Counted from the first letter of the whole stretch, positions 36,666 to 48,989 are shown. The stretch is 63,211 bases of DNA, filler included, from Phoronis australis (GCA_002633005.1; 8 parts of 8 records of this genome joined end to end with filler, not necessarily neighbours in it), one strand, 5' to 3'. Translations and numbers: made by a program. The notes: a model not told the origin generated them from the letters alone.

Positions 36666-36900
36666 GAATTGACCTATCGCAAGTTCCGCCCCTATGCGAA
36701 AAGTCACGTGATACCCGACATTCGAACGAGATGTCAGAGGCAAGTGCACTGTCGCTAAACGACGTTCCTGGTGGAATTGATGAGTGTTTTTGCACTATTT
36801 GAAAACGCGTCGGCAGAGACAAGAGGCGATGCTTTTCAACAGTGAATCGTACGTTCATGATATGGGAATTTGTAAAGGTGACGATGAAAAAATAAGTTTC
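36666..36900 (+). mobile_element. Second copy of the GAATTGACCTATCGC transposon terminus
   Basis: Reverse-complement homology to 30440-30658. Confidence 0.7.
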
Positions 36901-37636
36901 AAATATTAACAGTATTAAATCCAACAATTTCTCCAGATTCCAACTTCTAAAAAACTTTGTTCTGTCTTACGATTATATGATTGTCGCTCTTTGTGAAACT
37001 TGTAATGTTACCAAAGACGACCTTGATAATGAACTAATCATTCCTGGTTACAGTGTTTCGTATCACAGCAACAGTGGCCGTGGTATCATTTTATTCACTA
37101 AAAACACACTCTCATTTAAATTATGTCCTAGCTTAACTTGTCCTCAGTTATGCAACTGCTGGATCGAAATTTATTTCGATCACAGAAAAATTTACTATGG
37201 GTTGTTTTATCGCTCACCTTCTCAATCTCCAACTGAAAGAAAACTCTACTTCAAAGCCCTAGCGGATCAGTTAGCGGAACTTAACCGCAATAGCGTTAGT
37301 ATAATCATAAATGGTGATTTCAATGCCCGAAACTCTACATGGTACAATGATGATCATGACAATACGGCCGGACTACAATTGTTTGATATTTTATTGTCTA
37401 ATGACTGCATACAACTAATTAATGAGCCAACCCGTATCACCGACGTTTCTCATTCATGTATTGACCTGTGTATAACAAACAATTTGAGTATCATTGACTC
37501 ATGTTCTGTACTACCTCCTGTTGGCAATTCTGATCACCACACTATCGAAACCACTCTAACACTTAAAAAACCGGTTAAAGAGCAACACACCACTCGAACC
37601 AACTGGAAATATGATCAGGTCGACACCGATAAACTG
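36901..37636 (+). mobile_element. CR1-group LINE ORF2 AP-endonuclease domain, truncated by contig end
   Basis: NINSIK, IVALCET, YRSPS, GDFNAR, NEPTR, IDLCITN, SDH motifs; one frameshift near 36975. Confidence 0.9.
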
Positions 37637-37736
37637 NNNNNNNNNNNNNNNNNNNNNNNNNNNNNNNNNNNNNNNNNNNNTTAATTAATTAANNNNNNNN
37701 NNNNNNNNNNNNNNNNNNNNNNNNNNNNNNNNNNNN
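37637..37736. other. Artificial contig spacer
   Basis: N44-TTAATTAATTAA-N44. Confidence 0.97.
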
Positions 37737-37828
37737 GTCTTATGCATCAAACAGTTTTCGTGACGGCATTTCGGTGAGGAAAATGTCCCGGGAACTTTTC
37801 GTTTGCGCGCCGGGTATACCCAAGTGTG

Positions 37829-40527
37829 CAGGGCTCGACGCTATTAAAATCGCCAGGTCGTATTTTGCAACCTAGCCAAAATCCCATTTCGCATTTTCAA
37901 AATCCAGCTCGCATTCATGAATGCCAGGTCACGAAATTTTCCCGCCAGTTTCCCCTCCAAAATTGATTTTTTTAGATCATCGATAAAATGTTTAGATTAT
38001 TCTCCAGTACCTGCAGCGTTAAATACTCACAAATTTCAGATCGCAAAATTGAATTCGTTCATGCACATACGGCGTTACTGTTCTTCACGACCGCCATTGA
38101 AAGGCTCTAGAGCGCAAGGCAAGTTGCCGACGTGAGGGTTGAATTAGTGCTCTCTAACTGACACGTGCATTCGAGTAGCTAAGTTTTCTATGTCAAAAGG
38201 GAGGAAATGCCCTTTGAAAAAGTATTTTGCTAGGTCTAATCTGCTATTGGCTGTCATCAAAGTCATTAAAAAGCCAAACTCACTCGGAGTGCAAATTCTC
38301 TCCACTTTTTGTTCGCAGCCCAAATTTTGCCTCTTAACTCGACGTTTGAAAAACATCTGTCGAAAAAATCCGTGAAACGATGCACCTATCTGGATGCGCG
38401 GGAACAGTTCAGTGCAAATTTCACTAACAAAAATGTGGTACTTGTGCTGTTTACGTACTCAACAATTAGTTTTCCATGAAATCAATAGCCTCGAAATAAT
38501 TTCCGACTCTCTCCGTGCGGGTTTCCATCGGGTAATGGTGAGTTTGCTCCTCAATACCTTCCAAGTACAGGAAAAATAGGACAGTCACAAAACGACACGC
38601 ATGTCACTAGCGATAACTTTCTTTCGGAGGTATAAAACAATGCCGGGATTTGGTTTTACATATTGAGAAAAGGCGTTTTTTGAAAACTGAAATTGTTGTG
38701 TAAACATGCGCGCACCCAGCCTAAAATACAGGGGGCTCGAATTCTTCGATATGCGGACCTTTTACTGAAAAAACCAACGAGGACTGAAAAAGCAGGTCCA
38801 CTAGGTTCAGGCCAGCCACATGTGCATCCGCGCCGAATTCCTGTGGACTTTGTGGAATTTTGTCTCGTTTACTTATGATTTCACTGGGGCGGACCTTTTT
38901 GCCCAATTCGCCAAATTGGGCCCGAGCCCCTCCCTGGTAAAACGAGAGTGACACACCGTATAGGCTGCGTGTTAATTTTAAACCACGCGCGGTCGTTTGT
39001 AGTGCGCTATGATGGGCGTTAGCGTGAACCGTGGTCGCTTAACTGGAAATTCTCAAAAGTTGAGAGGGAACACTTAGTAGATCAGTGAGCGCTTATTATG
39101 AAACTCTTCAAAGGTAGGGAGTAGACTTGTGCGTGAGCATTAGTCGTTAACCTGATAGAGTGTTTGCAATGATAAGATATTAAAAGACTGCAATGGTAAG
39201 AAACGTTGCAATAATACGATCTTGCGAGGCAAACTCCATCTAGTAGGATGACTTTCTGGATATCGTTACCAGCTACACTGTACCCTTTTCGGCCACCAGG
39301 AATAATTTTTTGTTTTTAATTGCCCGTTTCAGCAGGAACAAGATTGTTTCTGTTGGAGTCTGAACATTTTACGGCGACGGTGGTCCGGGAAGAGAAAAGT
39401 TGCCGGGGGGATGTATGAAGAGAAGAATAAAAAGTTCTCTAACCACAATTTTGCATCTAGTACCCATTTAATCGAATTAGCTGGCTATGGGCATAGAATA
39501 TACATGTAGGGTTTAAGGAACAGCGACCTCGGGAAACATCGGAACAGGAGAATATCAGTTCTGTGTAATATCGGACCCGGGGAATATCGTAAAGCATCGG
39601 GTCTTTTATAACCGCCGGGAATCTATGGGCTCATTTTCAAATAAACCACTGGCACCCGGGTGCTTAACAGAGACAAGCCGACATACTCTTTTATTTAGGA
39701 CTGTCGCTGTTCTGTTTTGATGTGCAGCTTTGGAGTGGTGCGCACGTGTGAGTTCACGCACTTGAATCGCTGTAGTAGGCCTAGTCACTTAAGGTTGGCA
39801 ACAACGTGTGAAAGACAAATCAGAAACAAGTAAAGGGGTTTGAGAATTTCTTGGCAACTGAAAGTAAAGACGTGGCCGTCGATTGGCTATTAATGGGGTT
39901 GCCATTTTCACTTTGACTGCCTTATGCGATTAAAACGAGACGCACATCAAGTCATGGTACCGCTTGCGGGCTAACAACGGGACCGACCGGCAGTGACGCA
40001 GTGCGATCAGGGATATTGTCGTGGATATTTGATACATGTAATAAGGACATCTTACGCGAAAAATAAACATACTTGTCCACCACAAAGTTTGGTAAGTTGA
40101 TCGCATAAGAATTAGTAGAAACACCGCTGTTTTGTGACGTTTTTTCACGTTTTATGCAGTGGCAGAAACTTTCTTCGGCAAATCCGGAAATTTGCAATAT
40201 TGGCCGAAAATGTTAGCCAATGAAAGGCGTCAAAGATCGATTCTGCATATCCCATGTTCACACGACTTGCTTACAAGTCATCGGGAGGGCTGTTGTCGGT
40301 TAGTGTTCGTTTGAACTTGGATGTGGCAGCAACCAAATAGCGGTCGAATCAACAAGAGTTGCTTTATATTTGCCAGGTATCTGCCGAGAAGTGTAAAAAC
40401 ACAGCTCGCATTCGTTGGAAATTCCAGGTCGCATTTTGCGACTTGATATGAGCTGGCAAAAATCTCAGCTCGCATTTCCAAATTTCAGGTCGCAAATGTG
40501 ATCTTCAGCTCGTTATGTCGAGCCCTG
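37829..40527. mobile_element. 2.7-kb non-autonomous hAT-like element with nested repeats, 5-bp TSD (GTGTG)
   Basis: CAGGGCTCGAC / GTCGAGCCCTG TIRs, shared subterminal CAGGTCGCA/CAGCTCGCA motifs, GTGTG at 37824-37828 and 40528-40532. Confidence 0.8.
38705..38937. mobile_element. Copy of the CATGCGCGCA MITE family
   Basis: Colinear homology with 4806-5054 (GGACCTTTT, TTTTGTCTCGT, TTCGCCAAAT). Confidence 0.7.
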
Positions 40528-41409
40528 GTGTGTATTCGTCATATCCAGTTTACGCCCGGGCATATATTTGGATTTGATATTTGATTTTCAAAGTGATACT
40601 TTTTCGAATGTGCGCTATGAATTTTTCTTCAGAGCTACTGAATTTGAGAGTGCAACCGTCTCAACGGGCAGTAGAGACGGTGGCTATCCCATAGGCCCTT
40701 CGTGCGCAAGAAGCTTGAGTCGAATTATGCCACACACAGGTTAAACTATAAAGGTCGTGATGCTAATATCTTGATGGTTGCTCACCAGGTACTATCCACT
40801 TTGCACGGGGTTGTACAATATGTCTTTTCAGTTGTTCTTCCTTATTATTTTCTAATTCTCTATTTATCTGGCCTTGAAGTTAATCTAGCAATGGATGGTC
40901 CTGTTGTGACGAAGTAAATAATAAGGATCTTTTGTCCCCTAAATTCTTGATAAAATTCTTACATTCAGTAAATTTGTCTTTTACAAAATGAATAGTTTGA
41001 TATCTTTTTTTCATCAACAGGCTTTCAAAAATCAGTTGTAAATTTTCGATATAGATTCTCTTTGTAGGGAAGTCTTGTATACTAGCTCCAAACTTCACGT
41101 ACAATAGTGTTAACTAAATTAACACAATTACTGTCACGGAGAAGAGAATTGTTAAATAGCCAAGGCTTCCGACCTTTGGAGAAATCTGCAATACAAAAAG
41201 AAAGGCTTATACCGAAATGGTCAATCTTGTATCAAAGATCAACTCTGGATGATTCCAACAAGCAACTGTTTTGAAACAAGAAAAAAAAATCCAATCGTGT
41301 CTTTTTAACTGGATCCATTCTCTTTTAAGTAAGTTGTTTTACCTTTGGATGAGCAAGACGCCACGAATCAATTAAGTTATATCTTGAAAAAACACTTTGG
41401 ACTTCTTGT

Positions 41410-41770
41410 CTTGGTTTGGGTTTGTCTGCGACTGCACTTGATAGACTTCGCCGGTTTCGTCGGGTCAACCGGCTAAGACATCTGGTTGGTGCTCGATGAC
41501 AACTTCCGGCTTATAAACTAATCAGCCTCCCGTTCAGTAACGCCAGGACCTCGCTAAAAAGCAATACCTCACAAGATTACGTGGGATAGTGTCGTGTATT
41601 TCAAATTAAAACACGTGATTTTGGCAAGATTTAGCTTGATCCTAGGGTAGGTATTAGCGCTACTGAAGGCACGCCAGATGTCTTAGCCGGTTGACCGAGC
41701 GGATCCGGCGAGGTATATCAAGTGTACTTATCATCTTGCGCGCGAAGCCAAATCAGACTCAAACACCAGT
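41410..41770. mobile_element. Foldback MITE containing a nested ~140-bp MITE (41531-41670)
   Basis: GGTCAACCGGCTAAGACATCTGG / CCAGATGTCTTAGCCGGTTGACC arms; the inner element recurs at ~43758-43860 and ~46985-47128. Confidence 0.75.
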
Positions 41771-41981
41771 AAAGGACTTAAATATCATCTCACACGCTAT
41801 ACATCTTGTTACATCTTGTCGGATTTCAACTTGAAATAGTACGAATACGACATGTATGTCTTAAAGAATTCCGGTTATCAAAGTTCACGGATATATTGAT
41901 TTTTTTCCTGGCCAGTTTTCTTTAAGATAAGACACACCTTCCATCAATGTGTATCGTCTATATCATGCCGATTTTCTCCAG

Positions 41982-42132
41982 GTTTACTACCACAAGTGGA
42001 CCCAGATAATCTGAATGCATTCCCCAATGTGTTCGTCGTGATCGTCACCAAATCTTTCTATGAGGTGTGCGTACCCCACGAAACACTGTTGGTGGGATTT
42101 TCAACCAACGCCATGCATTACCTGCAGACGAT
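41982..42132 (+). CDS. SABATH/Methyltransf_7-type SAM-dependent methyltransferase, internal exon (5' exons not in contig)
   Basis: ctccag|...|gtaag, phase 1-2; FPNVFV....KSFYEVCVP......GFSTNAMHYL corresponds to the family's SFY....P......SS..LHWL motif. Confidence 0.85.
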
Positions 42133-42763
42133 GTAAGTATGTTGCGTAGAAATGCAACTCGCACAAGATACAGTTACCATTTCGTTATCTTTCTTTATAC
42201 AGTTCAGCATTAAAACTTAAATCTCCCGTGTAGTTTCAATTCCAGTCTACAGCCTGTTTCTAAATTGAGTTTAGTCTACGTGTAGATATTAATCTAGTCC
42301 ACTGTAAGCATTTCCGTGGTCTTTTATCAGGATCACTACTCACCGGCCGATTATTTACCACCGTTCAAAGAGTTTCAAAAATCACTCATGAGGTTTACCT
42401 GTTTACCGATATCTAGGACATTTATTTTGCCAAATTTTTATCGTAGGTCTTCGGCAGAATATGGTCTTATATTAACATACCCAGGAATTCAATTTCGGAA
42501 ACTAACCAGATCGAAAAAATAATAGTTTAATTCCACGATATATCGCAACGGATATACGTTAATTGCCGTGATACCATTTTGAATGAGTCAATTGCTCTAA
42601 TGCAAAGCACAGCACCTTAGATCAGATGTCCTGATGAACAGTACTCTTCAAGACAGCCGTAAATCTATTGACGAAGTACAATGCTTTGAAGGAGGCGGAG
42701 TTTCTATTGCCTTCAAAGTTAGACAAGCTGCTTCAATCACCAATTCTTCATTTTCCTTGACAG

Positions 42764-42894
42764 TCCATGCAACATGTCCGGAGCTATCCACAGCTCTGAA
42801 ATGACAGTGCCCGATGAGATAGGACTATTTCGAAGACAGGCAGCCGAGGAATGGGAAAAGCTGCTGCTGGCACGGGCAAAAGAGTTGGCACCAG
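42764..42894 (+). CDS. SABATH-type methyltransferase exon
   Basis: gacag|...|gtacag, phase 2-1; PCNMSGAIH...FRRQAAEEWEKLLLARAKELAPG matches the Q...D...FL..RA.EL.PGG motif. Confidence 0.9.
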
Positions 42895-44936
42895 GTACAG
42901 TACTATATGTTACAATGCTTTTTGGTGTGTTTGGTTACTTTTGGAAAGGGGTGTTGTCCCCTTACCCCCCTAGATCTGCCTTCGTCGTCATTAAGTAAAC
43001 TTAAGCTAAGTTAAACCACATTAAAAAGCGACGGGAGTGATAGTGATTTGAAATCAGCAAAACAATCTTTTAAGATCCTGCCCATTGTTTGATTAAATGT
43101 TGCTGTGTCGTAAGTGAAAAATGATTAGGTATACGAATATGGCTGCAAAGAGACTACGTTTTATTTACATCGGATAGACAAGACAGAGACCTTAAGGGAA
43201 TTTCGTGTTTTTGAATGAATTTGTCAGTTTTGCACATTTCACCCTCTATAAAAGATGTTGCATACCTTGCAGCCAATTTCTATGAACAAATTGTTTAAGA
43301 TAATGTGAGATTTTATTGACGAGTCTGCGTATTTAGCCAAATATATACAGTAAAATTATGTTATTTCTGAAATTAAAAACCTGATAAAATTTGATTTTTG
43401 CCAGTCTATCCTTAATTGGTTCACGTTACCGTGTTTTTCTTTCGTAAAATTTAGCAGAATAGAAATGTACCTTGATAGCAAAAACGAAATCAATAACATG
43501 ATCAGCCATTTTGAGATAGTTTTCTAAAGTTAGCCAAATTCGGACATTGTTCTAGGGTCCTACATAGCTCTCAAGCAACAATTTCTCAAGTGGGTAGTGT
43601 GCTGCACTGGGTATGTTCTGCCGTCAGCTGGTCCGACCAATTTCTCTCTAATGGCTGTTCTCAATGGCTAAGAGGCACCTGCCGATTCAACCGCGACACA
43701 TACGGAACAAATTGACATTTGCCTGGGGTAATTAATCATGCTGGAAACAGGGTAGATTTCAATAACGTTAGGACCTCACTAGGAAAGCAAGGCTTCGCGA
43801 GATTGCACGAGATATTGCGGTATATTTCAAGTGACAACACGTGATTTTGGCTAGATTTTCTACCCGGAAGACTGATACTCAACTGAATCTAAACAAGTAA
43901 CTTTTGACATAAAGGGTTTGCATTGTGCGACTGGCTCACAATGTCACACTTGCGATTTGGAAGTTTATTGATTACATTTTGGTAAAAAAATGTACGAAAA
44001 AGGTAGGTTTAAGTTAACTTTCAAAGTACGTTCGATATGCTATCGCGACCGGTGGACGTAGGATCTATAATAAAAGAAATGCAGTGACACAAACATGTCA
44101 TGAATGACTGAATAGTGGATAAGATAAGTTCCTGAAAGTAGAGAGAGACTGTAGACTTTGATTTTTAACGCAATACGATTATGTCATTAATTAGCAGCTA
44201 ACGTGATGATGTCTTGTTGGATAAGACGAAACGTTGAGTTAACATGAACTTCTTTATTTGTGCGGCAATTGTCCGTTTTCTAATCGTACTTTGGCCAAAC
44301 AATGATGTGATTTCCTGAAAGTAGAGAGAGACTGTAGACTTTGATTTTTAACACAATACGAATATATCATTAATTTGCAGCTAATGTGATGATTAAATTA
44401 AGAAAAATGTACAACCATAGCAAAAGAATGGCCCAAACATGGTCAAATTATATTTCACATAAATTTTTTAAGATGAACACTCAATAACGCTCAGCTGCAG
44501 TTTTCTAATATATTCCGTTTTGTTGTATGCAGCTTTTGACTTTTGCACAAAAATCATTAAAGAAATCATTTCAGCCCCCAGTTCAAGTGAATGTAAATTT
44601 TTATTAACAATTCTTCAGACCATTTTGGAGAACTGAGTGTATGAACCATAACATGTGAATCCTACGTGTAATAGCCATTTCTGAGATGTGGCGTTGCGAA
44701 GCTGGACTCATTTGTAGCGTGTACTAACCTCTACTTTAATTTTCAGAACCAAATTCAACGAGTGTTCATCCATTCGGGGGGGGGGGCGTGATCTTAGAGT
44801 AACTAGCATTGAACACGTATTGCTTCAAATGCGTCCACAACACACGTGACTTAAAAGCAGCACTTTTCCCTGGTCACGACACCTTTGGTGCATTAATGTC
44901 TCGCCTGAGTTTTCATAATATACAAGACTCTTTTAG

Positions 44937-45073
44937 GTGGACATTTCATCATCGGCGCCGGCATGACTGGCGATGGACAATATATGGGGAAATCGAGGAA
45001 CGCGAAAGGAAGCACGTTTCAACTGATGACTTCTCTGTGGAAAAGGATGCTGAGTGATGGTAAAATTACGCAG
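44937..45073 (+). CDS. SABATH-type methyltransferase exon
   Basis: tttttag|...|gtattg, phase 1-0; GGHFII...DGQYMG...LWKRMLSDGKITQ. Confidence 0.88.
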
Positions 45074-45216
45074 GTATTGTTGGTAGTCGTTAAATAACGA
45101 CGATTCTTCGAGGCTTTCATTTACCTGTACTTTTGCGGGGTATTTTTATCTAGCCACCATCTCCCTGGGAAATCTTCAATCTGTGCCTTTGAAGGCAGAT
45201 CTCGCTTCCCACACAC

Positions 45217-45560
45217 TGTTTTCTGCCCTCTCTCTAAGGATCTTGTTCACTGATTGGATTTCCGCGTCAGGTTGATCTGGTTCGTACATCAATGGGAGCC
45301 GTAACCTTAATCCCTGTTAAAATTGGGGCGTCTGGTTTTAATGTACATGTAAGGAAGGTCAAGGAAGCCGTCTACATTAAAATCCCAATTTGAACAGGGA
45401 TTGAGGGTTACAGCTCCCAGCGTTGTACGACCTAATTCTAGAATCAGGTCAACCTGACGCGGGAAATACAGTCAGTGAACAAGGTCCGTAGAGAGAGGAC
45501 GGAAACGTCAGACTCACCAGACTCTCAATGCTTTTCAGTTGGTGATTTACCTATTAAACA
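45217..45560 (+). mobile_element. Penelope-like retroelement remnant with inverted partial pLTR
   Basis: RKVKEAVYIK..PNLNRD*GLQLPALYDLIL (GIY-YIG C-terminus); 45217-45283 is the reverse complement of 45441-45511; hammerhead-like motif at 45469-45515. Confidence 0.75.
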
Positions 45561-45631
45561 TATACAAACCATCTGTTATTTTCATAACATCACATCAACA
45601 TTTGACCCGTGCTAAGCCTTCTGTACTTTAG

Positions 45632-45806
45632 GAGGAATTCGACGACACCAATTTCAAGCAGTATTATCGCACTGAAGAAGAATTCCGTGCCCCCTTCCAA
45701 AATCCAGATTCTGAGGTATCAAAGGCTGGGCTGGAATTGGTGTCCATTCAATGTGTCTTGGTACGATGCCCTTACCACGAGAAGTGGATGCGGGACGGAG
45801 ACAGAG
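45632..45806 (+). CDS. SABATH-type methyltransferase exon
   Basis: ctttag|...|gtaggc, phase 0-1; EEFDDTNFKQYYRTEEEFRAPF...AGLELVSI...CPYHEKW. Confidence 0.9.
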
Positions 45807-47964
45807 GTAGGCTAGTGTAACCCACTCAGGCAGTTTTGTGTCGTGATGCATTTTCTTAAGGGCTAACAGCATAATGTCAAGACTATGAAGGGATATTACA
45901 GATTTCATGGCCATAAACGCATTTTTGAATTGGATGGGATAGACTGCTTGAAGTTACTTGCTTTTGACCAAGGCTATAAAACGACAGTAGTTGTGTTTTT
46001 GCAATTTTATTGGAAATCACCAATTCTTGTCATTGCTTGCCATACATTCGGTGCAATTAAGACCGGTGCATTACCTGTTCTACGTATCCATTTATGAAGT
46101 AGAGTTTAGCTCCGCCTGCAGCGAGTAGTTTGACCGCAAGTAGCAGGTTCAAATACGCATAGCAGCTGATCTCAGAAAATCACCTTTCTCGCAGATTTAA
46201 AGAGATTTAAGACGGTATGTAACAGGACATCGATTATCGAATACGTCTGTTTAGGTGTACCACTACGGTATGTCATCACTAAGATTAGTCTGCGATAAAA
46301 ATACAATAACACAATACAGTATTAAGCTCTCGGGAAGAGGACATGTAATTTCGTGCCTGGCATAATCTCACTGTATACGCGCGTCCTTTCTTTGCATATG
46401 TTAACTGTTTGATGAATACGTGTGAATTTTTACTTCTTCGCATCGCTGGGTCAATTTTGCACAGAGATACTCGATAATAGGCCATACTCAAATAAATTCA
46501 TTAAACAGGCTGCTTAAAATGAATGGCATGTTATAGTGAGAGCATAGATAGTCAGTTTGCAAGCTGGGGAGTTGCATTTTTGGTGATTCCGGATGGGAGG
46601 TTTCATTCAGTCAGTGAATTTCCTTTGTAAAAACTCAAGTTTCCCAAAGAAAAGGCATCACTTTCACAGAAAGATAACATTTAAATGATAAAATAGTGAC
46701 ATTCGACTTACATCTTTCCTTAAAGCATCTAATCCGTATCCAAACAGGCAAATCAAAACTTGCGTTTACGGCCGCTTGTGCATGTTGAATTGAAGCAAAT
46801 GACGGACACGTCATAGCTAAAGAAGAGTGATGACATATCAATCCACTTCACTTTACCAGCCATCTGCAAAATCTCTGTAATGTCACTTTATAATACTGTG
46901 ATTTTTTAAAAAGGATTTGAAAGCTAGTTTATCTTTTATTAACAATGACTAGATAACTTAAAAGGTTACCAAACCCACCTCCCATTCATTAGCGCTAGGA
47001 CCTCGTGAAAAAGCAAAACTTCAAGAGATTTCGTGAGATGTTGCTGTGCATTTTAAATGAGAACACGTGACTAACTAGATTTTAGCTAAGTCCTAGCGTA
47101 GGTCCTAGCGTTACTGAACGCACACCCGGTTTTGGCCTATTAAGATAAATTAAAAACGTCTTTCCCCGACAGTTCTCTGCCGACAACGGTTTGGAAAATT
47201 CCTCAACTTCTTTACACAGTTTGGAGTGTCTAATTGGTAGCGTGACTACCGCCCTTTGGCATGTGTGTTAGCCAAGACCGTGGCAGAAGACTGTCTACTT
47301 ACTGATCTATTTTACAACACGCAGTACATGTATATGTATATCAGATGAATATTGTTTTATTTTCTCAATGCAACTGCATTAGCAGCTAACGGATACAGTT
47401 TTGAGTGTAATCAAAAGCAGTTATAGCCAAACAGCCTTAGTGTTATGGTATAAGCTATCTAACTGGTAAAGCGAAAACAGCTAGAAATGAATGTAAAACA
47501 TGTTTAAGTTTTGTCGTGTTTTCTGAAGACTGCCAGGCAGTTGGGGTGGCTTTCCGAGAGTTCAATCTTTGTTCAGAAATTTTGTCCAATATTCCTTCTT
47601 CGTTTATTGCCATGTAATGTTTACAACAACACAGATTAGCACTTATCTCCACCCATTATCTACTGTACTTGACTAAGAATGAATTGAAAATAGCTGTGTG
47701 GACTTAAACAAAAAATTCTGACGAATATGTAAGTCATAACCAGTGTTTTTTATATAGACCCCTTATTTCAATAGCTGTTAGGGCACGTTCTATTATTAAA
47801 CGTCGGGCGTTTGGTCATATTCTGTACTACATTGTACATGCAGGTACTAGATGCTACTTGCTTGTACGACTGTGATACTTTTCATTACCTATAGTACCTG
47901 TGTGTGCACTTCAGTGTTCAACGCAGTTACTATCAATAATCATAGCATTTATTTTTCATTTAAG

Positions 47965-48206
47965 GCGATGCTAACGCCCGACGCCGGCAAGCTAAGTGGT
48001 TCCTTGGTAGCATACGCTATTGGTCCAATTGGGTTTTCATGGACGCGTTGTCCAAACATCGTTCTAGTGAAGAACGCAAGGATTTGGTTGACCTTTTCTA
48101 CACGTGGCTCGAGGACGCTTTAACAGAAAATCCGGATGACTATCACTTTGATGAAATCCAGTCCATTGTAGACGTGAGGAAGAAAGGAGAACGCGATGAA
48201 CAATGA
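47965..48206 (+). CDS. SABATH-type methyltransferase, terminal exon
   Basis: tttaag|, phase 1; AKWFLGSIRYWSNWVF..ALSKHRSSEERKDLVDLFY...P.DY...VRKK...*; AATAAA at 48262. Confidence 0.88.
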
Positions 48207-48295
48207 CTACGTGAACATGCATTTCACGCAAACAAGACTTCGGTCCACATTAGAAGTATATAATAAACAGAGAGTACAAGATATCTAAACCAACA

Positions 48296-48520
48296 CTAAT
48301 TTACATCAAGAAACTCGTTTCGATATTTCTCAACAATAATTAAATATTTAGCAATTTTTCTCAAGTTATTTAACTCGTGTGTCTGTAAGAGGTCCCTGAA
48401 TACTGTTTCATCCATCCTATCGAATCTAGGTAAAAACTGTATGCGCAAATCAGAATATAATTTACATTCTAGAAGAAGGTGCAATTTTGATTCAACCTTT
48501 CCACTACTGCAGGCTCGTTA
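48296..48520 (-). mobile_element. RTEX-like LINE extreme 3' fragment
   Basis: C....VE...HLLLECKLYSDLR...IAKYL zinc-knuckle/C-terminal motif. Confidence 0.7.
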
Positions 48521-48608
48521 CAGAACTTCACATATACAGTGCTGATCGAATCCAATGTCCTATCGAACGAACTTCAGCCTCAGTCAGGCCTCGGGTGACC
48601 TTCAACCG

Positions 48609-48708
48609 NNNNNNNNNNNNNNNNNNNNNNNNNNNNNNNNNNNNNNNNNNNNTTAATTAATTAANNNNNNNNNNNNNNNNNNNNNNNNNNNNNNNNNNNN
48701 NNNNNNNN
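48609..48708. other. Artificial contig spacer
   Basis: N44-TTAATTAATTAA-N44. Confidence 0.97.
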
Positions 48709-48989
48709 TATTATACTTAGTGACAACAATGAAGTTCCCTTGGCTGGTACAGGAATGGAATACATACTACATTGATATCATTGCGTGTGAAAGAGAAACT
48801 TCCTAAAAAAACATTTTGTGTCATCCATGTGTCTATTTATGAAATGGCTGTAGTTTTAAAACTGGTCGTATTACGTGATTGACCCTCAAGTTATACAATG
48901 TTCTCGTGAGTGGTGAGAAATGCCGTCAATTTTTTTCAGGCGTTTTAGCCAGACAGATATGCTACATGTATAAGAGACTTTTTTTGCAG

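Noticed and set aside
5831-48206. DMGDH plus methyltransferase as a betaine/methyl-metabolism gene cluster
   Set aside because: Separated by three artificial spacers; no evidence of physical linkage.
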